Shown here piece by piece: positions 14,275 to 27,262 of a DNA stretch of 64,000 nt. The position numbers and the translations under genes were made by a program. Origin of the DNA: Lama glama (lineage: Eukaryota); contig CM052817.1 of the NCBI GenBank assembly GCA_028534125.1, positions 86,306,001 to 86,370,000 of the forward strand, read 5' to 3'. Position 1 is the first letter of the stretch. The number at the start of each line of letters is the position of its first letter. The notes beneath the pieces are model-generated. The model ran no database searches. It was not told the origin of the DNA and saw only the letters and a list, made by a program, of their open reading frames with translations.

Positions 14275-14720
14275 TAATGGAGCTCTGTGTATATCTGGGA
14301 AGGATTCTCCCAAGCAAAGGGCATGGCCTATGCAGCGCTGTGACCCATCACTGTCGATAGGGTTAAAGCGATGGGCTAGAGGTGAGAGGGTGTGAGCAGC
14401 AGAGTAAGAGGACATGAGGTTAGTGATGGGGAACAGATGGGAGTAGGTGATGACATCATCCAGGCTAGTAAAATTTTTGACTTTTATTCTGAGCAAAGGA
14501 AAAGCCACCGGAGGGTTTTGAGATGAAAATTTTCAGTTTAGGTTTAAAGGCAATAATTCTGGATTCTAAGAACATGCTGCAGTGAGCATGGCTAGAATGA
14601 AGGCACCGGTTAAGTGGGAAGCTAGTGTATTAACTGATTGCACGTTGGTAATGGGATGCACCAGGTGGGTAGTGAGACAGGCAGTCAGATAGCTGATTTG
14701 TGGAAATATCTGGAAGGTGT
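14275..14720 (-). mobile_element. LINE-2 fragment
   Basis: Purine-rich antisense L2 motifs: TATCTGGGAAGG..CCAAGCAAAGGG, TTTGACTTTTATTCTGAG, AAGCCACCGGAGGGTTTTGAG. Confidence 0.7.
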
Positions 14721-17700
14721 TGATCTAAAATGTCTGGGAATTCTATCATGTTAAGCATTTAAATTTCAGTATTTTTAAAAAAGTTTCTCATGAAAATATT
14801 ATGAAGTATTAGTAGGTGTTTACAGATATTAGAAATATTCCTAAAATATATACTGACTACTATACTCTAATGTTGCAAATATGTTTTGTAAAGAAAATCT
14901 GAAGTTTTAAATGTTCAGGAATGCATCTGTTTTAATATATATTCAAATATAACCAAACCATCAATAACAGGAGGGCTGCTATGGATGACATGAGATTTAA
15001 ATAATTTACAACCCATTAAAGTAGTTTAGCATACCTCTCAACAGTGTGAGTTCAAGTGATTAATTTATATATAAAATACGAAGTTGTCTCATTAGGTTTT
15101 TCTCTATCAGTGTAATCTTGGTAACTGTAGGCATGGGGGGATTTAAGATTTTAGATGAAAATACCTGAAGAAATATATTTACAGTAGTATGTTATGCATA
15201 TTAGAGGGGCACACATGAAGCTAAAATCAGGCTTATAATGAAATACAAAGGATGGTATGTTTGTTTGGAATAAATAATGTTAAAGACTTTTAATTAACAT
15301 TATGTTAATTATTATTGCTGAACACTGATCAAGCAAAACAAAATAAAAACCCAGCTTTCATAAATCTGCTTTCTCATCCTTTGTATGGTTAAGAACAAAA
15401 TAAAACACATGAGGGGGTAGTGGTTATCAGTTCTTAAAGCATCTTAGATGGTTAGTAGTCACAAAACTTGTATATGAGTAAATAACTGCTGAAATGTAGC
15501 ACTACAGAAATAGTCATGAAATTAAATTCTGGTGGATGGTTTGTGTATGCATACATATTCAGGGCTTTTTTTTCCCTAGAAAACCTGGCATTGACACATA
15601 AAAGAAGACTATTCTGCTACTCCATTCTCAAGTGTGGTCTTTGTATTTCTTTGTGAGGGTTGAAGGATTATTGCTGAAATACAGTAGGCACAATTATGTT
15701 ACTCTACAATAATATAAATGACAAGCAGATCTCTAATAAAATTGTCACAAATGTTATCTGAATGTGTAATTGTGTATTCAGGTCAATACAATACAAGCAT
15801 GTAAAACTGTAGCAGTATAAAAAGTTGTGTTCCACGAATCAACTGGGAAAGCTTTTTCCCATCTATTTTATAAAATAATGTGTCAAACTGAGGTCTCATG
15901 GTGACTTCTGACACAATGCTATAAAGGTAAATGACTTTAAGAAATAAGGTAGACAGGTATTTTTTTAATTCAAATTGCTGAAAATTTGGTTTGCACAAAG
16001 CCCACTTTTGAGTAGTTGTCAGAGTTGAGAAATTTTAAAAAACATGGAAAGGTTTATGTGAAAATGCTGTTTTTTTAAAAAAAATTATCCTTAATGTTAA
16101 TAGTATACAAATTATAACATTTTCAAAGTCCTATGGTCTTTTTTGACCACAGTGGAAATTTTGGGAGTGCCTAACCCTTTATTATCTGTGACATAAAGAT
16201 AATAATTAGAACCATAAATGCTAAGAATGGATATTTCTCCCACAGCTGGAATGTGGCTGAGTTGGTTACTGATGTTCAGTTCATAACTTTAATTTGTATA
16301 GCCTCTCACTACAGACAATTTTGTTTAAAAAAGTATACTGTATTTATTTGCAAAAAATATTCTTCAGAGGGTAACCTACATTTGGAAATTCTACATTACA
16401 AAATTACCTCACCTAGATTTAAATTATTTGAACTATTCTTGTATTAAGGTTTTAGGGGCAAAGTACCAAATGAGGTATATTTTTAGCATAAAGTTTCCTT
16501 AAATTAAAAGAGTTTTATCTAACTTACCTCTAATTGGTGGGATTATTGGAAATATAAGAGCATTTACATTTAGTGCTACATAAAATCTTATGTGCAGTTA
16601 GTTCTCAGCTGACAAACTTAAAATGAGCTCATCAGAGCTCATTATCTAGTGACTTTTGAAAGGAGGCATTTCATCTAGAGAAACTCTTATATGGGGCAAA
16701 ATAATTCAGAGTTTTTTCTATTCAGTCTATTAGTATTTGCTCAGTAAAATATAGACTCCTAAGAAACTCATCTTTTTTTCTAATTCCTAAAGCACAGACC
16801 TTGGAGGGAAAAAAAAAAAAAAAGCACCTGAGCTAGAAGGGTAATGTGTGATGTTTCTTTTGCTCCTCCGTGCTCTCTGAAGAGGGGAATTGGTTTCTGT
16901 CCTCTGCTTAAGCCTGATGTCTCCCTCCTGAAAATATCTCTGCATGACTTCATTTTGCTTACAGTGTTTTATAAATAGTTATTGGCTAATTTTGCATGTT
17001 TTGTAGACAGAATTGTTTGCACTGCTTATGACTGGTAATTTGTTAACAGCACAGGGCAGCCTCGAGGAGAGTGATTGGTCTATCATTTAAGAAATAGCTT
17101 ATTTATCTGATGTCTGATGCTAAATTAAGTAAGAGAAATTGATAATATTCTACAATGGAAAAATATGGCTGGCATGCTTAAGCTTCGAGTGGACTAAGAG
17201 TGTTTCTGTCTGTCTGTCTATCATCATAATCTATAATCATTCATCAGCTGAGACAGCATAATCACCTACTTCTCAGTAAGCCAGTATGTCAACTTCCATA
17301 CTCTATCTTTGATTATCTTTCTAGTTCCTTTTTGTAAGTACTCATCTTGTAAGCATATAAATAATGTTCACTCACAAGACTCTTGAATTTAAAAATCCAT
17401 TCAATATTGAACATTTATTCACATATTGTAGTCTTTTAAATAGTATTTAAACACAGAGTGAGTAATTTTCCTTATCTGAAAATAGAATGTCCAGGTATAA
17501 AACTAAGTAATAGATCAGCTACAATAACATAGAGCAAGAACACTGAATACAGAATAATGAAGTGAAATCCTGACAGTCTGTGTAAGTCATTTTAACATTC
17601 TGGGTTTCACGTCAGTGTATATTTAAGATGAGAGAGTTGTCACTCCTCTAAAGGTCAGTGTTCAAAAATAATAACAAGCTTACTGAACATTATTCACTTC

Positions 17701-18114
17701 TGATAGTATGTTTGTTTCTATTTGGGAGTTACTTGCACAAGTTTATTTTCCACTACCAAGTCATCTATGTTACATAAACCTAAGTAAATTGTTACAACAA
17801 TTTTTGTAAAGAAAATTATGATACAAAGTGTTTACAGATTCAATTCAACATTATTTTTTTCTGTAGAAAAAAATTAGGTTTTATTGAAATGTCTCAAATT
17901 ACACATAGTGTGTGAGAGTTTTTTTTTTTTATAAAAGGAACTAATGTGTAAAATAAGTAGTTTAATCAATTTGAATAATGTTACATTTTGGTAAAAAAGA
18001 AATAACTATTTTATTACAATTTTGTATAAATAATTTGGATAAACACAAATAAACATGAAATTCATTATGAAATAATTTATTTGCATGTATGAGATTTAGA
18101 CAATAATGCTAACA

Positions 18115-18340
18115 AGGAGGTAGTATAATACAGTACTTAGGTTTCTGGGCTCACATGACTGTCTCCTCCTGGCCTTTTTTCCCCAATTGTGAGAATTTGA
18201 ACAAATCTCTGTTTCTTTGTATATAAAAATGAAAAAATAATCATCTTTACTAGACTGGTAGTGAGAATCAAATTAAACAGTCCAATTGTAGGTCTCTGTC
18301 AGTGCCTGGTAGAAAGATCTCAGTAATTTATCAGCTATGG
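18115..18340 (+). mobile_element. MIR SINE fragment
   Basis: TTGAACAAATCTCTGTTTCTTTGTATATAAAAATG...GTGAGAATCAAATTAA...CAGTGCCTGG. Confidence 0.6.
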
Positions 18341-18671
18341 CAATTATATAAATAAATATAATTCAAATTACTGTGCATATGCAACCCACTTCCTAAATTC
18401 CCATATATAAACATTTACAGTGAATGAAGTGTTTAAATGTAAATGCAGTTATCACACCTTGTCTTCTAACTCTGTACTCAAATAACTCATGTTAATCTCA
18501 AAAAGTGCTAGAAAAGCCACTGGAAAACAAGCCACTAGAAAACAAGCCTCCCCTAAATTTCCATGAGCTTAAAATATATTCACACTTGCTTGCTTAAAAT
18601 GCACACGCTTGCTTTGTTTTAATGTTTTATGCAGTAGATGACCTATAGCACGTATTATGCTAAAGAAAATT

Positions 18672-19097
18672 TGCAAGGAGAAATCCTGAGATCGATCATA
18701 AGGGCATGAAGGAGGGCAGATTATTTCCTTAGGGTGGATCTGGAAAGCCAGATCATCAATTAACAGAACTTTGTTCTGGCATGAAATCATACTGTTTAAC
18801 CCGAGGGAAGTATTTGCTATCTGGAGATGTCCTGTAGGCAGTAATAGGATAGACTTAGAAAATCTGCATACCCCGAGGAGGGTGTTTGTTCCTGGTGGGA
18901 TAGCCCCACCTCTTTGATCACATTTGTTTCTGAGCTGTATACTCCTAATAAATATGATGTCGACCAGGCTTTCGGCGCTCTAGAGCCACGAGATCTTGAG
19001 TCCGTTGGTCCCATCTTTGCTCTTTACTTTGTCTCTGTTTCTTAAGTCTTGAATCGCCCGTCCTCAGATACGGTCCCGAGCTGCGCTGGACACAGCA
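18672..19097 (+). mobile_element. Relatively young solo LTR, ERV2/betaretrovirus-like
   Basis: TG...CA termini (TGCAAGGAG...GCTGGACACAGCA). AATAAA ~18945 is followed by a pyrimidine-rich U5-like tract. About a dozen CpGs are retained in a CpG-poor background. TSD poor (AAAATT vs AAAAAG), so the left boundary is uncertain. Confidence 0.7.
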
Positions 19098-19316
19098 AAA
19101 AAGCGTTGAGATATATTTTATTTCTTTTATATAATTCTTAACAAAACTTATGGAGAGCAAAGAATTTCAAATTTTTAGAAAGAAAAGTTTGATTTAGCTT
19201 CATTATAATCATATGACATTACTTAGTAAGCATGCTTATTTCTGATTTCAAGAGATTTGATTCAGCAAGGGCTGCCTCACAATGGTTTTATGCTTAGTGT
19301 TGGTGGCTTAAATCAT

Positions 19317-19341
19317 ACACACACACACACACACACACACA
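19317..19341. repeat. (CA)n microsatellite
   Basis: Seen directly. Confidence 0.95.
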
Positions 19342-20799
19342 CGCATGCACACACATACATAGTGCAGGTGGATACAAATTCAGCTATTACTCATTCTGAA
19401 TTAAATTCTGTTGCCATTAAGAGCAATCTAAGAGATTTTGAAAACATAGAGGGGAATTGGTGAATGTTACATATTAAGATGACATTACACAGGAATGTTT
19501 GCTTCCTCTCCTTATACATGAGAATTATATCATATTACAGTATATATTCAGACTTCTACACCAATTTTTGTTTGTAATTGCACTTCTCATATATCTAGTT
19601 GTTTTGGCCTGGAGTCTCTACAGTTCTAGTTATGTATATTTAGGAAAGTTCCCAAGGTTCTCATCAGTCCAGGTAAGTTTAAGGAGAACATGTGAAGAGG
19701 CTCACACACCATATCCACAAGGAGGTAAACCTGCGTGAGTATTGATGCTTCAACGCAATGGAGAGGATGATCCCAGGCAAACAGGCAGGATGAGGAAGAC
19801 ATATGTCAGGAATGTGGCCCAGAGCAGAGTGTTAGGACCCAAGTACAGTAACCAAGACCTTTTCAAAGGGATTTTGGCAAGTCGTTTTAGATAGAAAAAA
19901 ATTTACTAGGTAAATTTCAAGATTCCCTTGTCTTTTTCTGGCCTGAGAATACACCAGTAAGACATACAGTCAGTGTTAGTACACTGTGTTCACTTCCAAG
20001 CTCAGAGCTGAAACAGGAAGTTGTGACTTGGTTTTTTGTTTGGGTGGTTAGTTGATTTTTCTCTTTTTTTTTTCTTTTTGTGCCAAAAATCCAGGAGTGA
20101 ATGTGACTTGGTTTTAACCAACAGAATGTAAGATTAGATTGTTCCCCTGTGTTCTTACTCCCTGGTAGCCAGGAGAGAAATGGACCTAAGGCCAGCTGTT
20201 TTAATCCTCCCCTTCCCTATCTTCCAAGCGCACCCTCTTACCTTGATTGAGACTACCTTCCACACATTTTTGTTGAGTATTTTCTTGTTACTTATCTTGC
20301 AATATTTGAGATGATACTTTACACAAAGAAGATGCCTGCTATTATATAAAAAGAGTTTGAACCATCTAGTGCAGAATAGCAATACATTCTATAAAGCATG
20401 TTAATTGTGACCATATCCCTTCATAGCTCTCTTTTGTGTGTGCATGTGTGTGTGCCAGTTCAAGTAGTTCTTTTGCATCTAATACCTACAGATAGTTGAA
20501 ACTTTTCATATACAGTGATGCATTTAATATGCATGTAATTTTTCTAAGGTCAAATTCATTTCATTTTCTAGCTGATCAATTTCCATGATATCACATTAGT
20601 TGAGGGCTTCAACTTATGTTAACAAAATATTTTCTCATACTGAGCATCATTATTTTTATTCACCTCAGTTTCACTTAATTTTATCAGTGAACTTTCAAAC
20701 TCTTTGTTATACTGCCTACCTATCGCAGAGAGGTAATGCTTGACACATTATACTTCACTTAAAATTACCACATCATTCTCCATTCCCTCTCCCTCAAAA

Positions 20800-22370
20800 A
20801 AGATCTCTTTTCATGTACCTTATACTTGCAGTGACTGGGATGATTATTAGAAGGCAATGTTCAATAAATTCTAAATTCTATATGGTATGTTGACATAACC
20901 ATATCACAGGTCTCATGGTATGGATTTTTACAGATACCACCCATCTACCATCCTACAGAGATGACATGATGTTATATCTTTATCTGCTTAATTTTATCAG
21001 CTGAACCTCAGAGAAGATAAATTATAGTTTACCCATGGTAATTGAGTAATCAATAAGAGTGATAACGGCCACAACTTATTTCCTTCATTTCTTTGACTTG
21101 ATTTTCTAGCAAATTAAGCCACTAAAACTGAAAGGCATGGAGTTCTGTAGTGATTAGAATATCAATTCTCTTTACTGGCTGAGGCTGCAAGCCAGCTTCC
21201 AGCACTGTTGATGGATATGAAGTTACTTTGGGTCTGCATATAGACTGTTATTCCAGTGCCCTGGAAGAGTTCTGATGAGTGATCTTATTTTGGTTAGCAA
21301 GTCTTTTTTTATTAAGATGGTGAGTCTCCAGGAAATATTTGAATCTGCCTGACTCATTCCTGAAGATACCTGCAGGATGTTTGCAATGGCAAAGCCAGCG
21401 TGAAACAAACCACCATATATGTTGTTGCAGACTGATGGAATGTGCTCAGTTAGGGGAAATGATCTGTACCAAAAATACCATGTGCCTTGAAGCTGCAAAT
21501 GGGCATAGTCAACACCCAATAAAGTTGTCCTTACAGAGGTGTGCCATAACAATTTCCATAAATGTATTTTGTCAGAATAATCTGTAATAGCCCATTGCCA
21601 AGTCTACCTCCCTCAAGGTTGCATTTACATTTTCCTTAAATGATTTCATCCACATATATATTTGACATATTTGAAGGGGCACGTTAAGCTAGAATATACC
21701 AGGTAGGAAGCAGCAATCTGTTTCCCATCTCACCAAGGCAGCAATCTTAGCAACACATCATCTTGATTTATGGTCACAGAAAGTGCAGAAGATCAACTCT
21801 TCAAATTATTTTGCCCCATTGGTATGATTTATAGTATTTACTTCAGGACATCTTAATATTAACCAGAACCATAAGCAAAGCCTATAAACCATGAACTGAG
21901 TGATCATTGCAGTCAAGTACCCATAAATTGAGTCACCAGGAGTTCTGTGTCACTTCTAAGGAAGAGTCCTTCGATAGAGCATAAAGATGGGTAGGAATCC
22001 AAATGTTATCCTCAAGAGAAAACCTACTGGTTTAGAGATTTCTCCCAAAGGCAGCCACTAGTGCACACCATTGTGTACTCTTAGTTTTATCTCCTGTGGA
22101 GAGATGATGGCATGGAAATAGCATGCTTACACCATACTCTGTAATTGACATATTTTGTGATCACCTTATCCATCTGCTATAATTTATCCCTACTTCCATC
22201 AGTTACCTGTTTGACTTACACCGTCTTCCTCCCTACCCCTCATCAAGGCTATACTTTCTTAGCTCGCAGAGGTGCTGCTAGCAACAGAACTGTCAATAAC
22301 AGCAATGTCACTAGTATTTCTACTTTGTACCACCACAGCCAGGTGTCATGAGATTGCACAGGTAAATATT
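20800..22370 (-). mobile_element. Possible degenerate ERVL-like retroviral internal (pol) fragment
   Basis: Less AT-rich block. The minus-strand reading W..TD....HLWKLLW......GVDYAH near 21600-21490 loosely resembles the ERVL RNase H C-terminus (LW...HVDAH). Confidence 0.35.
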
Positions 22371-22739
22371 CACAGGATTTATAAAAATAAAGAGAGTAAT
22401 TCTTAGAAAATCTGCTAATACCATAGTAACAGGTTAGTATTTCTATGTTTTGCTCATTAAAGGTTTAAGGGTCATTTGACAAATTCGACATCACTTACTG
22501 ATTAAGAACTCAATTAAGTCTCTCTCTCCCCGCTTCCTAGTTACCTGCATTCATCTTGTCCATCCTTTTCCTTCACACTTTCCCTCAGTCTCATATACTC
22601 TCTTAATCTCCCATCCTTCCATCTGCCTAGGGATAAATCTAAAACTGAAGTCTAAATGTTGAAATACCGGAAGCATAAGTCAGGATTAAATCAAATGAAG
22701 ATAAGTAGGCTCAGAATCAGTACGCTTATTTACCATATT

Positions 22740-24100
22740 TTTTTTCTGGAATTAGCAGCAAACTCAAGCATTCAAGAAAAATAAATCAATTAAAATAATA
22801 GAAATGACACAAATTTGTCATTATTATATATAATGTATGTAATGTATTCAATATTCAGAAAAACCAACACTACAATTAAATGAAAAAATTAATATGTACA
22901 ACAACAAATATATATAAAATTTGTTATGCAGTTTACATACAAATAGCAGTGGCTTTTTTCTGCATCAATAACTGACCCAAAAATTTAACAAGAGAAAACA
23001 ACCTTAACTACAATAACAATCAAATGATTAAATTAATCGCACACAAAAATCACGAACAATAAGAACCCTGGCAGAAAAACTTTTAAATCCTATTGATTTA
23101 ATCAAATAAAATATATAAATAACTGGGAGAATGTGAAGTGTTTTAAGGAGAAAATGTCAATATTTTAAATATGTCAGTTTTCATATTAATTAATTTAATT
23201 TAACTTTACTTACAAATTTTATTTTTTTTTGAACCTGGAAAAGCATAGTATGAAACTCACATAAAAGAATAAAAGTACTGGAAAAGAGGGAAAATGTAGA
23301 CAATGAAATGTAAGATGAAGGGCTAAGCTAATAAATTTTGATTACTAGCAAACAAATAGGCACATTGTTCAAAGAAATAGAATATCACTTAAAGCAATTC
23401 AAATATAGGTAAAAATCCAGAGTATACTTGGGGTGGCATTGTGGGGAAACTATAATCAATTACATTGTGACAAGTTACTAATCATTTGAAGAATAAAGAT
23501 TTGGAAATCTTTATTGCATACACCAAAAGTAATTCCAAATTAATTAAATATTTCATGAAGTTTTAAAAGCAAAGTTAGTAGGATAAATCATTGGGAATAT
23601 TTCCATACTTTTATAGTAGAACATTTTATTAATAGGCAATTCATGGAAGAAATAGCCAGGTAACAGAAAAATTCTCATCTTTAGTTGCAAACAAGAAATT
23701 ATACCTTAAATGAACTAAATATCATCTTGGTCTGTCTTCTTTGCAAATACTTCAAAAAGATGAATGACATGAACAATTTGGCTTTGTTGACAGGTAAGCA
23801 GCTGCCCTTATGCACTGCTTGTATAAACTTTAAGGGCATGAATGTAATGCCAATTTTTTTAATCCAGTATTTCCATTTTAATAACTACACTAAAAAATAC
23901 ACACACAATTATATGTGTATATGTTTTGGTATGTGCATGTATATGTGTATGCATGTATATACATAGACATATATTTATATATATAAATATAAATGTGTAT
24001 ATATATATATATATACACACACACACATCATATTAAATATATATAACATACACATACACAGAACATATCTAGATCGAGGAAGAAACTAATGTTCTATTAC
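22740..24100 (+). mobile_element. Ancient L1 (L1ME-like) ORF2/3' fragments with embedded (TA)n/(CA)n
   Basis: AATATTTTAAATATGTCAGTTTTC, TGAAACTCACATAAAAGAATAAA, CATACACCAAAAGTAATTCCAAAT resemble L1 ORF2; simple repeats at ~23910-24060. Confidence 0.6.
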
Positions 24101-26304
24101 TAAAATTTGCTGGGAGAAACACGATCATATATAGATAGAGTATATTTTTTTAATTCTAAAAATGTTACCACTTTTCTCTGTTGTTTTCTCTTTTTAGTTT
24201 CTTTGTATGTTTTGAAACAACTCCTTTTAAGATATGTTTGCAATATTGTAAAATTATTTGTAATTGTCACCGATATTTTTAAAAATTTATTTTCAGAATT
24301 TCAACTAACTAGCCAAACAAATAGACTAAAAAAATAGCTAACAGTTTTTTTTAATGGCCAGAAAGGGTTCAATTTACCTTACAGTAATTGTTTGTAGTGT
24401 TTTGGTGCTCTAGTAAATAATGAAAAAGCTTTTGTTTGGCAACCACTCAACTGTTTCTCCCATGTGCTGGCTATAGGCATATAGTAAATGCTCAATAAAC
24501 GTTGACTTAATTTATAAAGTTGAGTTGTAATTTATAAGGTGGTGTTCAAAGATGAATGAGGGAAATGCAACACTTCTCTGATAGACACACTTGGGCACAG
24601 TGACTTATCAACCACAATTATAAAGATCCAATGTCATATGGGTATGTTTTCCTCATCTTGAAGCCTCAGGTACTTGGCTACACTCTCCATCGGAGAAATA
24701 GAGAAACCAGTAAATAAGGAATCATTGAAATCTGAATTCTTAAATAGATAATAATTTCTATGAGACAAAAAAATTTATCTATATTAAAATCTCTCTTATT
24801 AAGTATTTCTAATTTTCACTGGAGACGAAGCAACTCACTCAATAAGTGAAATCTGAAAAATCAAGATAATTTTGGGAGATTTAATAAACTGGCATAAATA
24901 AATTAATTACCCTATGAACATTTCTGGCTATGGGAGTATAGCAAATACTTTTGACTCTGTTAAAGTACACAGAACAAAGTAAAAGACTATGTAATTGGAA
25001 ATATTTTTCTACCCCTTAATTTATATGATCCTCTTTATTCTTAAAGCAACCTAAGATAATTATAAAACGACATGTCCTAAATGATAATTATGAAAAAATG
25101 AGATTATGTGTTATTTTATAATATTTTGCTATTAGATAATGTTTAATGGCAGGAGCTAAAAGAACTGCATCTTTAAACCTATTCCTGCTGGCAAATGAGT
25201 AAGATGAGAAATTTTATTGTCACATTTGCTAATACTGCCTTATTTTTTTAGGTTGATTTATTATTACTTCCTTTAAAGTGTTTATTTTGTTGTCTCTTTC
25301 TGGGTATTATTGATATCATATTTGCCAATTATTCTAGATCCCTTAACAGCCAATTGTCATTTAATTTTTTTTTTAGTTAATTGATCAACTCTGTTATAGG
25401 TCATCATAAATATGGTCAATTACCAAATAGCTCAAAAAATGCTCATTTTAATGGCCATGTAGTAACTAGACTTTGACACCTCTAATAATATGTCAGAATT
25501 GTGTTTAATCTGGTGCAAATTTGAGATATATTTCATGGAGCAACACACTATTTTGAGGAAATGTTCTCCTGACTTCAGGGATTATTTTAAAAATATCACA
25601 TTAAGTGAATTAAGTTAAGTATTAAGGTAATTTTGAGTCAAATATTTGATAAAATAAGCATATTCAGTTTATAATAACTAATGGTTATCATTGTTCTGCT
25701 AGTCTGAGAAGGCTTTGAAGTTTACAAGGTCTTAAAATAACACAGGTTAAATCTGAATTTTATTGACTGAAAACAGATTTTTCAGAATCTGAATGCCACA
25801 TAAATGGTAATTATGTATTTGATATGTGGGTATATAGAAGGACTTTGACAAGATAGCCATTCCTATTTGAGCTTTTAATGATAAGGGATAATTTAGGAAG
25901 GAAAAGAGAAATGTGTCTTCAGCTGAGCTAAATGATTTTTTTAATTCAGTCAATACACGCACATGTAATCAGAAAATAACGTCAATTTAATAGGTTTACA
26001 TTTGTCTAGAAACTTGTACTAAATTTAATTTCTTAAATTTGTGAAATAAAATTTATATCTCTGCAGTATTTTGAGACAACCTCTTCTAATTTCCTGAATC
26101 TAAGATTTTTTATTAGGTGAAATAAAATTTTATTAAATTAATATGCCTAGTTATTTAAATTTGAATAGCATCTGACAATGATCAAATGGAAATTTGTTCT
26201 ATCTACTTTTCTTTAAGAAACTACAGCACCTTTTGTAGAGCAGATCTTATTGGGAAAATATATTAATATATGGAGATTTAGTTTTTTGTTTATTTTATTT
26301 TGCT

Positions 26305-26735
26305 AACCTTTTATTGAGATACAACACTTATTCGTAAAGGAACACAATTCACTGAATATTCATTTTTTAAACATACTTTACATGCCTGTGTGTTCAGAAT
26401 CAAAGTCATAAATAGAACTTGAAAAGAATTCAGAATCCCTCCAAAATACCCTTCCAGTTACTCCTCCACCAATGGTAATCATTATTTGACTTCTAACAGT
26501 ATTGATTATGTTTGCTTGTTTGGCAACTTTATACAAATACAGTCATACAGTATGTATTCTTTTGTATGTGACTTCTTTCTCTAGTTATTATGTTTTTGAG
26601 AAAAATCAATTGTTTTGTATTGTTGTTGTACCTTTTCAGTGTCATTATTGTATAATATGTCATTTTATGACTAGATCACAATGTATTTATGCATTCTACT
26701 ATTGATGGACATTTGAATAGTCTCCAGTTTGGTGC
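26305..26735 (-). mobile_element. Old L1 (L1MC/ME-type) 3' end
   Basis: TTTTATTGAGATACAA...CATACAGTATGTATTCTTTTGT...TTCTACTATTGATGGACATTTG..TCCAGTTTGG. Confidence 0.75.
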
Positions 26736-26776
26736 GTCAAGCAGGTGAAGACTAAAGGAGTCTCATATTTGCACAC

Positions 26777-27262
26777 TGTCACCAAATCAGGTGTCCTGGT
26801 CTATGGCAGTGAGGGTCTCAGATAAATTTCTATAGGACTTAATACTTATTATACTTATTAAAGCTTACTAACCAAAGGCCACCAGCAACACACCTGCGGT
26901 TAAACAAAGTTGAATATATTGGCTTGTTGTGGCAGTGGAGAATGGAAACAGAGACTCATGAGATATCTCAAGAGGGAGTCAGTGAAGATTCTAGGTTATG
27001 GAGGGTTGAACTTGGCTATATGATTCTTCAGAATTTGTAAACTAGCCAAGTGACTGGAAGAGTCAATTCCTTTATTTTCAGTAACATGCTGAGTTACTGC
27101 TAGTTACATATTTCAGTCGTATTGATATAAATACACCAATGTTGTGTTTGAGCTTAGATATCTGTCTTTTATGTCATATTTGGTATCTTTGCTTAATTTG
27201 CAAGTGGCAGTAGTGTTTGGAAAGTTGTGGTTTCTGCTTCAATTTTTAGTTCTACTATCACA
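26777..27262 (-). mobile_element. Old LTR-like element
   Basis: Begins TGTCACCAAATCAGG; contains AACAAAGTTGAATATATTGGCTTGTTG, like antisense LTR poly(A) regions; family not resolved. Confidence 0.4.

Noticed and set aside
18514..18548. 15-bp tandem repeat AAGCCACT(G/A)GAAAAC as a CRISPR-like array
   Set aside because: Only ~2.3 adjacent copies with no spacers; ordinary slippage duplication.
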